This document shows, in pieces, positions 25,286-38,760 of a stretch of 64,000 nucleotides of DNA (position 1 is its first letter; every line of letters begins with the position of its first letter). Made by a program: the position numbers and the translations under genes. Under the pieces are notes generated by a model, which saw only the letters and a program-made list of their open reading frames with translations, ran no database searches and was not told where the DNA came from. The DNA comes from Vicugna vicugna. Taxonomy: Eukaryota. Location: assembly GCA_013265495.1 (NCBI GenBank), contig MU057711.1, forward strand, positions 1,612,001 to 1,676,000, written 5' to 3'.

Positions 25286-26119
25286 TCAGAGAAACCAAAA
25301 GTAAGGGGTTGGGGGCCCAGAGAGGGGCAGAGGGTTCCCCAGGATCCCCTTGAGCTCATGACAGAACTGGAGCTGGAGTGCTCACTCTCAACACTCTCCT
25401 GAGCTGGCCCTCCCGGACACACTGCCCATCTCTGCCCAGTACAAGTGCCAGAGTTTGGGCCCCAGGTTGCTGTCCCCGGGAGCAGAGCCATCACACTGCT
25501 GGGACGCTCAAAGAGCCAGGTCCTCTAGGAGATTGTCCCCATGCCCACCAGGCCCTGGTTCCTGGACTTGCTTATATACCTGCAACCCTTTTGCACAAAG
25601 TGAAGTAATTTTAGCAGGCGGTCAGCCCTAGCCCCTGCTGAGCTGAATGCCGCCTCCTCAAGGGACCACTTGATGCTCCCAGACCCTTGAGTGGGAAATC
25701 ATTGTGGCAACCCCACCTCTCAGACCCCAGATCTCCTATAGAGCTGATGCAGGCTTCCCTGGTGTCCAGCATGGATGGGAAAAGGGAGGGAAAATGAATG
25801 CAGGAAAGAGACTTTGCTCGACCCCAGCTGCTTGGGGCCACATGGGTGCTCTCTGGGGGTCCAGGGACCTCATAGGAACAAGGAGCCCTTGATTTAGCTT
25901 CCTGATATTCTGGTCAAATGAGCTGACACTGAGCCCCAAGATTCACAGATAACGAAAAGCAAGGAATGTTTGTTAGCAACCTCAAAGCAGGTCCACCGGC
26001 AGACGGCACCACCTGCAGCACACTGCACTCTAGTAGTTTTTAAACTCTTAAAGGACCTCTGAATGGTCCCCTTATATTGCACTTTTCTCAAAGAGTTATC
26101 ACCAGACACAGAAACAGAG

Positions 26120-27325
26120 GTACATACCAGGAGCAGATTCACACAGGTACAATCCCCTGGTTTATGACAAAGGTGACACTGCGGGGCCGAGGGGGGAAAG
26201 ATGATCTTTTCAATAAATCAGGCTGGTCAATTAACTATCCATCTGGAAAAAAATATTGACCCTCTGCCTCCCACCATATGTAGAAATCAGTTCCAGATGG
26301 ATGCAGATTGCGAAAGCTTTTAGAAGAAACACAGAAGACAAATCTCCATGACCTTGGCATAAGCAAAACAAAAATTTTAATGGAACACAAAAATCCCCCA
26401 AAATCAGAGACAATATTATTAAATTGTATTATAGTGAAAGCAGAACTTCTGCTCATGAAAAGGCATCAATAAGAGAGTGAAATGGCAAGAGAACCAAATG
26501 GGAGAAGATGTTTCTGAGAAAGTGCTCACACCTGGATGACATTTTTTTTAACTCCTATAAATCAATAAAAGGCAACTCAACAGAAAAATGGCCAGAAGTC
26601 TTGTATAGATACTTTACAGAGGAGGTTAAAAGGGGCCAGTAAACGTGAGAAATTTCATTAGTCAACCGGAAGACAAATTAAAAATACCAGGCAGTACTGC
26701 TAACAGCCACCAGAATGGCTAAAAGGAGCACCAGTACCCGTGGTTGGTGGGGATGTGGAGCAACCAGCACGGGACACATGCTCACCACACCATGGAGATG
26801 GTAAGTTGGTACAACCGCTTTGGAAAATTGGCAGTGTCTACAAGAGTCGAAATATACACCTTCCCCACGGTCCAATGTTTTCGTTCCTAGACACCCACTG
26901 AACAGCATTGTATGCATATGTGCACCAAACATTCAAAGCAGCTTTACTCAATATAGTCAAATTCTGGAATCAGCCCAAATATCCATCAAGAGCAGAAAGG
27001 ATAACTTGCAGTGTATTCATATAACGGAGTACTGCCTAAAAAGAGAACGAACAAATATGGATGAATGAACCACACAAACAATATGGCTCACAAGAAGCAA
27101 GATGGAAAAGGAAACCGCTGTATATTTCCACGTACACAACAGTCAACAATGTTAGGAATCAGCACAGCTGCAGCCCCTGGAGGAGGGTGTGGCGGGAGGG
27201 GCGCGGAGGGGGCCCCTGCGGTGCTGGTAACACGGGTGTGGACGGGTAAAAGTTCCCTGAGCTGTGCACGTGGATCTGTGCCTTTTATGTGGGGATATTG
27301 TACTTTAATCAAAAATACCGTTAAG
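26120..27325 (+). mobile_element. Old L1M ORF2 3' end plus 3'UTR
   Basis: tcttttcaataaat, ggatgtggagcaac, ggtacaaccgctttggaaaattggcag, cccaaatatccatcaa. Confidence 0.8.
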
Positions 27326-27439
27326 AAAAAGTGTACTAAATGTTTTTGTAAGAGAGTTCTGGGTTCGTTCGCTAAAAAACAGTAGGAGCCTCAGAATGGA
27401 AACGGTTCAGCTTCCGTCCATGTGCAAAGTGGTGTCAGG

Positions 27440-27662
27440 GGGTCAGACTTCCAGTCATAAGATAAGTACGTCCTGGGGGTAAGTGTACGGCGTGGTGACT
27501 GTGGTGGATGAGGGGGTGCTGTGTAACATTTGGGGGCTGCTAAGAAAGTCGATCCTGAAAATCATCATCGTAAGAAAAAAATCATGTTGTACACCTGAAA
27601 CTAATATGAAGTTGTGTGTCAATTACATGTCAGTTTTAAATTTTTTTAAATAAAATAAAATT
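27440..27662 (+). mobile_element. L1MA-type 3' end
   Basis: acttccagtcataagataa...tgttgtacacctgaaactaatat...gtcaattacat followed by an A-rich tail. Confidence 0.7.
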
Positions 27663-27735
27663 CAAGAAGAGCCTCCAAAGTGAGGTAGTTCAGGTTCCAC
27701 CCCTTCTATCCCCTCCACAGCGGCAGTTCCCCCTC

Positions 27736-27754
27736 AGCGCCACCAGGTGGGGCT
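27736..27754. promoter_or_regulatory. Candidate CTCF site (near-palindromic)
   Basis: AGCGCCACCAGGTGGGGCT reads CCACCAGGTGGGGC on + and CCACCTGGTGGCGC on -, each one mismatch from CCASYAGRKGGCRS. Confidence 0.5.
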
Positions 27755-28420
27755 CGATCACAGCGGAAGAGCCGCACCTGCACAAGTCTGACCCGGCTGC
27801 TGGGACTGCCCTCAGCCCATGCGCCGGGCAGCTGCAGCGGACCCCGGCTCCAGCCTGAGCCCAGAGATGGTGGGGAAGCCCAGCTACTCACACACCAGCT
27901 GAGGGCCCTTGGACACGTCACTTCTCTGAAGCTTCAATCCTTCCCCCAAAATGAGGGCAAGAAACGCAATTTAGAACAACAGTTAGGTATCACTTTATAC
28001 CTAATGAGACAGGAAAATACTAGTTAGCTGGGGAATGCCAAGGTTGGCCCAGATACAGAAATGAAGGAAGCCTGAAGCCTCCCGGGTAGGTAGTGCAGGC
28101 CACCGCGGCGTTTCTTGGTGGAGTTACACACAGACATCACAGGGACCAGCAATTCCACTCCTGGGTGATTCTTCCAAAGGAGTTCTGTTAACAGGAAATA
28201 TTTTTAAGGATGTTCACTCAGTGTAGACAGGGGTAGCTGGGTGCTGGAGGCCCTCCATGCCTGGGAAATAACAAAACGTGGTGAGTGAAAAGGTGGGATG
28301 CAATGTGACACACTAACCTTCATACAAACTAAAAATACATACATATGAGCAGTGCATTGCTTATCAGAACATATATAAATGCCTTAAGACAGCTGAAATA
28401 GAATTAGGAAGGGAGGGGAG

Positions 28421-28480
28421 AAGGAAGGAAGGAAGGAAGGAAGGAAGGAAGGAAGGAAGGAAGGAAGGAAGGAAGGAAGG
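28421..28480. repeat. (AAGG)15 microsatellite
   Basis: Perfect tetranucleotide run, read directly. Confidence 0.97.
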
Positions 28481-31400
28481 AAAAGTGTGGATGAGAAAAC
28501 TAAGTTTCTAGGGTTGTTATAAAAAGGATCTCAGGGAAGTTTCCGTAAGTCTCTAGTACTTAATGAGAACCCCATAAATGATTCTTCTATTCGTGCCTTT
28601 ATACGTTAATATTTATTGGGTGCCTACTGTGTGTCAGGCAATGTATAAAGCTCTGTAATACAGTCATGAATAAAATAGACCAAAGGGAAAAATTCCCGGC
28701 ACCATGGAGCTAAACATTCTAGTAGCTTTGTGTCTTCTTTCGCAAACCTAGAGATAAAAGAAATGGTGCATTTCCCTAAATCAAATTACTATCAACTCAT
28801 TTTGTGGATTAAATTTTGTGCCCCTGCCATGCTGGTCTGGTGGGAAATTCGATTTCAGGCCTCAGTGGGGTTCCCTCCCTACAGCCCCAGGGTCCCGGGA
28901 CATTCTGCAGAGCAGTACATGGGGTGTGCAGGATTCCCAGCATCTGATGTCAGTCTACACTGGTCACTGCTGAATTCCTGTGTGTCACGGACCACAAAAG
29001 CCTAAAGGTTCCCTGAACATGCTCAGCTGCACTGGCTCTGCACCAAGCGGATGCAAGGATTTCTGCTGGGAGGCGCCCAGGCTCCAGTCCTACCTCCTGA
29101 GATGGGCTGCACTGCCATGTCTCTCCAGAATGCCTGGCGCCCCCAAGACACTGCTGACAACAACGGTGCATGTACCTCCAGTCACGGTAGCACTCTTGTC
29201 TCCTGGCTGTGCTTTCTTCTCACCCCACTACTCTCCTCAAAGGGCCCAGACTTCCAGGCCAAGGAAGGCAGGCTGGCTGTCTGCAGACACCTGCTCCTGG
29301 CCTGGCAGCAGGTGAGCCAGAAGAGCCGCCCTCCTCCTGGAAGGTGGCGGAGGGAGGGAGAGACTCAGACAATCACGCATAAGGAATTCTCAAGCTTTTA
29401 ACTTCTCCAAGTGTGCAAGCAAAACACAAATCAAAGTCACAATAGACGGTCCTGATGTCATTCCTGTTTCTAAGTTTTGGTTTATCCAGAGCACAATGGC
29501 CGAGCACTCACTGAGTGATGTGTGATCTAGGCACTGGGAGGGGGCCTCCAGTGAGTGGTGTGATGGTGGGTGGGGTTGGGAAGATGATGACAACAAGGTG
29601 GCTGTCGATCCAGGTTATCTGATTGCCAACAGTAACCAACTCTGGCAGGAAAGAAAAATGTGTGTGTGTGTCTGTAGACATGTGTGTTAGTGTACAGGTG
29701 TACATGCATGTATACAATGTATGTGTGGGGTGGGGGTATCAAGTAGTTTCTAGACTCAACCCAACCACTTCCAGGTCTAGTATCTCTGCCTGAGATACAA
29801 ATTCCAGGGAAAGGGTCTCATTGTCCTCTCTAAGGTCAGGGCCCCAACCCTTGGCCCAGAGAAGATGAGGCATCCTTACAGACAGTTCCTCCAAGTCCAC
29901 GTGCAGGGGGAGAAGGGAGAAGGTAGTTCCCCAAAGGGAACAGGGTTACTCTTCAGTCGTCTGTTGCTGGAGAAGAGATTTTCCCCAAACAGTAACAGAC
30001 ATAACTGCCTCAGAGTTTCTGTGGATCAGGAATTAGCGAGCAGCTTGGCTGGGCGCTCTGGCTGGGGATGGCTCAGGAGGCGGCAGTCAGCTGTCAGTCA
30101 ACTGCAGTCATTTGCAGGCATGGCCAGGGCTGAGGACCCGCCACCCGGTGGCTCACGTGCGCAGGTGGCTGGTCAGTGCTGGCGCAGTGGGGAGGAGGCC
30201 TCAGGTCCTCCTCGGGGCCACTCCACGGAGCCACTCGCATATCCTGACGACATGGCGCTGGCTTCTCAAAGAGAGTGAGGCAGAAGGTCTGACCCCTTAA
30301 TGCTCTCACCTCAGAAGTCACACACCCCATCACTAATGCAGCGTCCTGTCGGTCACACAGCTCTGCCCTGTTCACTGTGGGAGAGGGTGACACGAGGTGG
30401 AGAGTCAAGCATCACGAGGGTGGGGAACCCCCTGAGGGACCAGCTGCCACAGGAGCCATTAGAGGAAGACGGGGGCATGGAGGTGAGACAAGCAGAAATA
30501 ACACGTTCCATGCAAGGGTGATGCCCTTGGAGCTCACTGTCTAGAGGCAGAAGGTAAGGTGTCAGAGCCAATTAGTAATTATTCAGCCAAGAACACCCAC
30601 CTTAATGGAAAGAGGGTAGGAACCCAAAAAGGTAGCGAGTAACCTTGGCTGGAGGAGCCCTGGGAGGCCTCTCAGAGGAGGTGACATTTGAGTCGGACCT
30701 TCAGCAGGAGTAGAAAGAAGCTCACAGGGCAGAGATGGGAGGAAGCGCAGTCCAGGCAAAGGAAGGGGTGGGAAGCGGGTGGAGCTGGCTCTGCTGATGG
30801 AATAGGAGACAGCAGAGAAAGCCTCTGAAATGTCCCAAGGGCTGCCTGCCTGTGGGGGTTCTGTTCCAGGCCTGCCTTGGCTTTCAGCCCCCAGGACTTG
30901 AATTTCTGGGAGAATGGACTTGGTTTCTCTGCTGGAAGTAACCCCCCCTCCAGCTCACTGGCCCTCCAGGGGGAGATCAGGGGCCTGCCCTTCTAGGAGA
31001 AAGGCTGGACTCCAGCTGGACCCTGCCCTCCCCCCACCCCCACCAAATGAGAGGCAGGCTTGGAGGGGGGTGCCAGTCAGGGCCCTACCGACCCACTGGG
31101 CTACCCCCAGCCGCCGATCCCACCCCCCAGATACACACACAGATTCCCACTGGCAGCAGGTCGGTGGGACAGAGCTCCAGCAGGGCTAGGGGAGCCGTTT
31201 TGCCTAGGCATCCTCCTCCCCCAGGACGCGTTAGGCAGGCTTCGCTGGTCAGAGCAGGGTGAGTCTGCAGAGAAACGGGCTCAGGAGGGCTTCACGTCTC
31301 CAGAGGGGAGGGGGCCGTCTGGCTCCAGCTGTAGAAGCAATGAAAGGGAGGCACACAGCACCCTCTCACCCCCCTCCCCTTGGTAGAATGGAGGTGGAGG

Positions 31401-34400
31401 AGGAGGAAGGGGAGGAGAGGAAATCAAGATACAGGCAGCAGTGCACTGGGGCACCCTAATTAGTCAAGGACCAGAGTCAAGTCCACGCCTCCTGCTGGCA
31501 GAGCCCAGTTTCTGGGAGCTGGGCCCCCACTTCAGGGCCCCAGGGGCCTTCAGGGGCTGCCACCAGGAACCCAGGCAGGAGGGTAGGGGCCACAGCTCTG
31601 CCCACCCCTGGCACACATCTCCTGGGCCCACACTGAACACCACCCCACTAGCTCCAAAATAAACTCTCAGGTCCAAAATAAAATTCTCCGTGGCCACTGA
31701 ACTTGGAGGGAGAAGTTTTGTCCCAGATCTGCAGAAACCTCTGATGTGGAGGGAAGGTCTTGAACAGTTTAAACACTTAAGCAGCTCTGGGCCCTGGGGA
31801 AGCCTGGGTTCTCTCTTTAAATCATTCATGGACTAAAGCATTCAATCAACTTGCAGCCAACATTCACTGAGCTTTTCCTATGTGACAAAGACTCTGAGCC
31901 CAGAGATTCTATGATGAGCAGAAATGGACGTGATCCCACTGCATGGAGTTTACAGGTTAGTTGGGGAAATAGGCCTTAAATAAGTTTAAAAAATACATTA
32001 TTACTAAGTGTGATGAGCACTGTGAAGAAAAGAATGGGTTCACTTGTAGAAAACAATTGAGGAAGGGGTGACCCCTTTCAGAGGGTGACCAGGGAGGATG
32101 CTTTTGAGGAGGCGCTTTAAAATTCTGCTCAAGTACAGCAGAAGTGAGAGTAAATGAAATTAATCAGGATTGATTAATAATGTCTGCCCTGGCCACTGGA
32201 TTAGGAGGTGGTGGCATGTATGCCAGATACTTGTTTCACCTGGTTTGTGCCCTCACTTAGGATCCTTGCTACCTAAAGAAGAACTAGTAGGTGTAACTCG
32301 AATTCTCCTGGGATTCACCATGAGATAGAGTGGATGAAAACTTGCAGAAGGAGCCATGATACAAGGCAGCTCACTAGCTTCATTACTAGAAAAACCAAGG
32401 GAGTGAAATGGAGTGAAATAGAAGCAGTGAGGGGGTGATCAGTTGCCACTAGGGTGACGTCAGTGAGGCTTTGAAGGACATAGGACTTGGGAGCTTGTTG
32501 AAAAGAAGGCCCTCATTTTCAAAAAGAGAAGGCACTTCGCATCAGTGGTGCAACTTTCTGGCTATGGCCTCAGTTGGAAGGGCAGTGGATTCCTGCTCTG
32601 ATCTCCCCCACATTCATAACAATCCCTGCTTGAAGGCACTTCTCCACATGTGCTCAGAGCACCAGCCTCACCACAGACCCTCAGTGAGAACTGACCTGCT
32701 TCTATCCACCTTCCTGCACTCAGCATCCCATCAAGTGGCCCATCAAGGTGACTCAGGGCTCTCCATTGCCACTGCAGCTGGTCAGCCCACTCAGACCCCA
32801 CCAGATGCAAACCGGTGTCCTTGAGAAAAAATTGTTAGGTCAGTCTAAATACCCTTAGAGCAGCCTGCACCTGCCCTTCACTGCATGTGCCACAATTGTA
32901 ATCAAGCTTTTCTATGGCTCATGATTCACTGTAAGTCCTAAGGGTATGGGGACAGTGTTTGGCATATTCACCACCGAGTCCCCAGTGCCTGGCACATCGT
33001 GGGCCACTTAACAATTGAGTGAACTATTATAGAAGAGAAAGTGTTGGGACAATGTTGAGAAGCTGAAAGTTTTGGCCTTGCCCCAGGGACCACTGGTCCT
33101 CCAGGTTTCAGAGTGGTTGGCAAAGGGTGACAGCAATATGGTGGCAGGTCCTCTTGGGTCCAGTTCCCCAGCCTCAGAAACGGGAGATCACCTAGAAGAG
33201 GTGTTGAGTCTACATCTTCTGCCTCCTCCAGCCCACAGCCTGGCCACCTCTCACAGATTAGAAGAGGCCAGTGCTTCCTGTGCTCAGTCTGTGGCCCCCT
33301 GCCACGTCCTGCTGCCTGTGAGGCAGGATCCTCGCCCACCAGGAAGCTAAAGGTCCTTTTGGGAGAGTAGATTAGACGGACAATGAGATGGGGAAAAATC
33401 CACAAGGAATCAGTGTGTGAGAACTCACCAAAGGAATTCAGTGAGGATGGGCTAGTCTCAGAAGGCTCCTGGGAGTCAGGTCTGCCAGGACGAGTGGACC
33501 CTGGACAAGTGGGGAAGAGGCTCTTCAGAGAAGGGGACCTTCCATGGAAGAGAGAAAAATGCAGTGGGATAAGGGAGGATATGGGTGTGGTCAGAGGTAG
33601 GTGTGGGGACTGGGCAGAAATGCAAAGCGGAGCCAACCTTTGGTGAACCTTGGTTGCGAGCCTGGGATTTTGGTGTTGAGCCTATGGACAATGGGAAGCC
33701 ACCAGGACCTTCTAGACAAGGAGCCCAGAGCTGGCTGTCTGGGGCTTCAGGGGTGATGGGCGGAAGACAGACCCATGCCTGCTCTGGAGGCCAGATCTTG
33801 TAGACAAGGGGAGAAAGACCCTGCGGAGTCAGCACTGGATGATTCCTCTAGCCCTCAGTTTTCAGAACGTGCCTCGAGAAGGAGCTGGGCACCTTATTAG
33901 TTCCCCAAACAGCATGTCTTCCCTAGATCAAGACTCCATTGGAAACACAATGGCCACAAAAGTGGTTTTTGTGTCTTGGCTTTTTGGGTTTCTCACTCCC
34001 CCCCCCCACTCCAATATCTATTCTCCATTTTTGGCCAGACAAAGCCCATCCCAAGATGCCCGCGTCTCCGTTGTAGCTAACATCTGTCCTTTCTCACCCG
34101 CGCACGTACCCATCTGCGCCTCCACGAAATCTTTCATCCCATCCATACCATAAGGATTCAAAGTAAGGAGGTTCGTGTTGTCAAAGAAGCCTTGATCTGA
34201 ATGCCTTCCCCCCACTTTCTCCTTAAATGAGTTGTTAACAGGAACCCAAGTGTCTGTTGAACCTAAAATACTTTTTTTTTAAAAAAAAAAATAACATTTC
34301 AAGGTAACTTATGGCGCGCACTTTAAGAAGCGAGGGCTCAGCGTGTCCCCGACAGCTTCCTCCTTGAAGCTCTGGTCTTCAGGGCTGCGGGAGGCATCCA

Positions 34401-37400
34401 ATCAGACAGGCCGCCGCTGAGGGCCAGGGGAGGAGGGCTGCGGTGGTTTTATTTCAGATTTGAGCTAAGACCATGAAATGGAAGGCAGGAAGAAAAGTGA
34501 GTGAGTGAGCACGTGTGTGTGCCTGTCTGTGTGTGTGCGTGTCTGGCACGGCCAGAATAATGAGTCGCACTAATTCATAGAATTCCATTTTGGCCATCAC
34601 ACACGGCTCCCTTTTCTCTTGAAGGCCACTTTGAAAAATCCCGTTTTCATAAGTCATTTACTTCCCCTAGGAGGGCAGGCCTTCTAAAAATATTCCCCAT
34701 TTCTTACACCTCAGAAGCAAATTATTTATGTTAAAGTAGCTTCGTTATCCTGGCCCCACTGGGCCAGCTTGGAAATGGAGGTGACTTCAAGAAGGCACCA
34801 TTGTCAACGGTAAAGTCCTACAAGGGATGTGCTCCCCAGGAGTCAAGGCAAGGCTTTCCACCGAACCTGCAGGGCCAAAAGAGCATCTGCAGGTCAATGA
34901 GGAGAAGTTCGGTGGTGATTTTCCCATAAATATTTACGTACCAGGCATGGCTCTAGGCATCCAGCAAACCACAGTGAACAGACAGGTCCACACTCACGGA
35001 AGTCATGTCTCAGTAAGGGGAGATTCACGCTCGATGAAAACACAGGTAAATGAGATGTGTTGAGAGCGTGAGGGTGAAATGAGGGGGTGCCCTCTGAAGG
35101 GCATACTTGACATTGTTCAGGGTGGGTAGTCAGCATCATTGGAAGCGACATGCAAATGACAAGCCAGTATGCAAAGATCTAGGAGTTGTGTTTTGCAGGG
35201 AGAGAACCGCCCAGGGCTAAGGGCAGAGATGGGTAAGCTGGGGGGACCTGGAAGAGGCGCAGCCATCTAGGCTGGGGCAGAGCGAGCGGGGCAGGGAGCC
35301 GGCCAGGTGAGGTCAGTGGAGCCAGGAGCACGGCCCACACGGCCTGGAGGCCGAGGCCAAGCCAGTGAGGTTTTGTGCTACCATTCACTCTTCATGCTGC
35401 CCCAGTCCATGAATGTCCTGAGAACTCAAACCCCACAAGGTGAGAGCGCCCCACTAGGAATGGGGATGCTGGGAAAGTGGCCAGGACTGGCCCACTGGTT
35501 CCTCATTCCTCACTCTCTCTCCACCCGGGAAAATGCAGTTAAAAATCACCTTTGGAAAGTCGGAGGGGAAGCCAGGCACCAGGGAGGGAAGGGACATGCT
35601 CTAAATGGAGGTGGAACCCAGCATGGGCCCCGCGGGGGTGGGGAGAGCTCGGCTCCTCCTGGAGTCAGTCCCAGGCTCTGTCCTCGCCCAGCAGGGGAGA
35701 GGGAGGTAAGGAGAGGGCTGCGCCTTGGAGCAGCCCCTCCACCCTCTCAGGGTCCGAAAAGCAATAGAGTCTTAACACTGGCAAACCTGAGGGCTTTCAT
35801 GGGCCGAGGCAATCCGTGCGTCTCCGGAATGACGGGCGCCTTCTTCTCACCAGGCACGCTTCCCAGCAGCCGGTCTGGGCCTTACAGAGGGGCCGCCAGG
35901 CCGGGGGCTTCCCTGCGAGGCACACAGCCCCGGGCTCGGGGTGCAGGCTGGGCCGGGCCAGGGTGGGGAGAGCGGGGAGGCCACAGTTAACAAGAGAGTG
36001 GGCTCTGACAGGCAGCCCAGGATGAAAGGCCGGCTGTGAGCAGCCTCATTACCACGAGCCCCAGATGAAGCCTCTATTATGGGCCTAATTGGGAGAGTTC
36101 ATTCTTAGGTGCCATTGTGTGCTTCAGAGAGGCCGGGATGGTTCACTCAGATGCTGGGCCTTCGCTCGGGATCTCCCTGGTTACCTGGCGGCGTGTGCCA
36201 AGCATCAGGCAAAGTGAGGACCTCCCTTTACCAGGTTCTATCTAGAAGCTGGAGATACAGGCGGGAGCAAAATAGAACCTCTGCCCTTGGGAGGCCTCTT
36301 GGGGGCTGGGAGGATGTAGGAGAGAAACAGCCACAGACAGCAAGAGAGCTCGCATGGCAGGAATAGCCCAGGGCATGCCGAGGGGGCTGGTACAGGCTCC
36401 TGCTTCAAACTGGGGGTGGGGAAGCCAAGGGAGGCCTCTGAGGATAGAGCGGAGTCGGAGTGAGGGGAGGCATCTCCAGCTGGAGGGAACACATATACTA
36501 AAGCCCCGATGAGGGCCCAGGAAAATGGGGTGAGAGGGACGATGATACTGGGCATGAGGGGGAGACCCAGCCATGCAAGGCTCGGAGACATGGCCGGAAC
36601 TTAGAAATGGAGCCTTAAGTGGGTTTCAGTGGAGGAGGGGCAGGATCTGTTTGATGCTTTGTACTCACCAGGGCCACCACGTGGGGAGAGATGGGCTGAG
36701 AACCCCTGCCTGGAGGTTCTTACAAGAGTGGCCCTGGGTGGTGGGAGGGGGCTGCTTTGGTGCTGCGAAGGCCAGAGATGCAAGAACACTCAAGTCCCTC
36801 CCTACCGATTCCCCCTGATTCTCTACAAGGTGCTGAGAGAGCTGTCCACACAAACAAGGATGGGGGACCCATGATCCTCTAAAACCCACATCTGCTGGGG
36901 CACTGAGTCTTAGGGCTGGTGGAGAGGGCAGAGAGCCGAATGTATACAGCTGATGGGGCTTAACTTTACCTCTCAGGTGCCTGCCTGGAGGAGGTGAGAG
37001 TGAAGAGGAGAGAGGCATGATAGGACTTGCCTGGAGTGACCCTAAGACTGTGCCCAACACTCCAGACCTTAAATTTTCAGGACTCACAGAGGCTGGATTT
37101 CCTATGTGGCTCAAACCTGTGTGTTTTAAGGCAGGAGTCAGCACTGACTGGGGATAATGGGGACGGACCTTGAAGATCCCAAAGACCCTCCAAGTCCTTA
37201 AGTCGTAGGATGCCCCCTGAGTCCATGAGTCAAAGGATCGAGAAGAGGTGGGAGATGCTCTATGGTCACTCCCCCTCCCCAGTGATGGGGTCAGCCTGCC
37301 AAAGGAAGGTGCCCAAGTCCAGGCCCTAGGACTCTGAACTTTTTCACCACCTTTTTGGTGGCAATATTTGCCACTTACCCTTCCGGGACTCCGGAAGTGG

Positions 37401-37535
37401 GTTAGAAGCCCACTCCTCTTTCATAAGGATAATAGTGGCCAATACAGTGAGGCCTGAAACGCTGCTACCCCATTTATGAGCATCCTCAACCCCAGATCAC
37501 TGATAAGGACGAGATTCAGAAAAGTGACATGAGTT

Positions 37536-37577
37536 GACAGCTCAGTGGTGAAGCTAGACAGCTCAGTGGTGAAGCTA
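37536..37577. repeat. Perfect 21-bp tandem duplication
   Basis: gacagctcagtggtgaagcta x2. Confidence 0.95.
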
Positions 37578-38334
37578 TCTTATGCCAAATGCTAGGCTCT
37601 TAGCCTCCTGGTTAAGCCATGAAGGATGGCATTTGGTGTCTGGTGGCACACTTGGAGCAGCAGGGCCTGCCCTTTGCACTGAGACACTGACAGGCATGTT
37701 CACAGAGCCAGCAAGGAGCTGGAGCCCTGCTCAGGGGGTCTCCTCCTGAGAAACTAGGGACTGGCCCCGCTGCAGGCCCCCACTGTGGGCCCAGGCTTTC
37801 ATCACACCCACCCGACACCCCGAGCAGGCAGGGCCTTGGCTGGGTGTCATTGTCCCTAACAAGTTAATTGTAACGGTGGCAGACGTCTCCCCCACTCCCG
37901 CCCGGCCCCCATCAAAGCATTCCCGTAATGACACAGGACCATGAAAGAAAACTTGCAGGTGGTTAAATGAGGTTTCTTGCCTCTGCAAGGCAGTGGGGAG
38001 GGGAAGGGCTGTTTTGTTTAAGGAGAGCTGCCGCGCTGCTTTGATGTGAAGCCCATTCTCTCACGGAGAAGATGCTTGTGAGTGAAGCCAGTGCCGGGGC
38101 GGGCAGATACTCACAGCATCACTTTCCTCGGCAGACGGAGGCAACAGGCAGAGACAAGGCACAAAGCATGGCCAGGGTGAGCACAACCAGCTTGCTCTCT
38201 TGTCTTCCTAGAAGCACTTCTAGACACAGTCTGGAGTGAAGCTCAGTGCTTGCCACTCCTCAGGTCAAAAACATACGGAGGCTCCCCATGGCCCCACAAA
38301 TGAGTTTTCAAACTTCCAAGGAGTAAGTATGTTG

Positions 38335-38760
38335 TGGAAGTTAGGAATCCTTTGGTTGCAAGTGACAAAAAAACCATAACCCAAGGTGGCTAAGCTATAA
38401 GAGTAACCTGCTAGCTCTTCTTAACTGATAACCCCATGGCTGATTTACCTTCAGATACAGCTTGATCCAGGAGCTTAATGGTGTCATCAAGGCCTGGGTG
38501 ATATTTACCCATCTCTCAGCTCTTCTTCCATTGTGGGCTTTGTTCTCTGGCAGGTTCTTCTGTCATGGCAAGGGGGCTGTAGCTGTTCCAAATGCATCCC
38601 TCTCAGCTTTGAGCCCAGTGGGAGGGAGACCCAATGCTGCTTGGCTTGGATAACAAGGACCCTCTGAACCGATCATGTCAGCCAGGGCAGTGGAGGCTCT
38701 AATAGAACTGGGAGCTGAGCCTGGAACTGCTAAGCTAGTTCCAAGGACGTCCCCAGCCCT
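38335..38760 (-). mobile_element. Old MaLR LTR (MLT1K-like)
   Basis: gttaggaatcctttggttgcaagtgacaaaaaaacc...cttcagatacagcttgatccaggagct. Confidence 0.6.

Noticed and set aside
21448..32462. Full CRE palindromes TGACGTCA at 21448-21455 and 32455-32462
   Set aside because: Isolated 8-mers far from the promoter with no supporting context.
32968..35990. 222-aa (32968-33636, -) and 227-aa (35307-35990, +) ORFs
   Set aside because: Pro/Gly/Ser-rich products expected by chance in GC-rich DNA, with no splice-supported structure or known motif.
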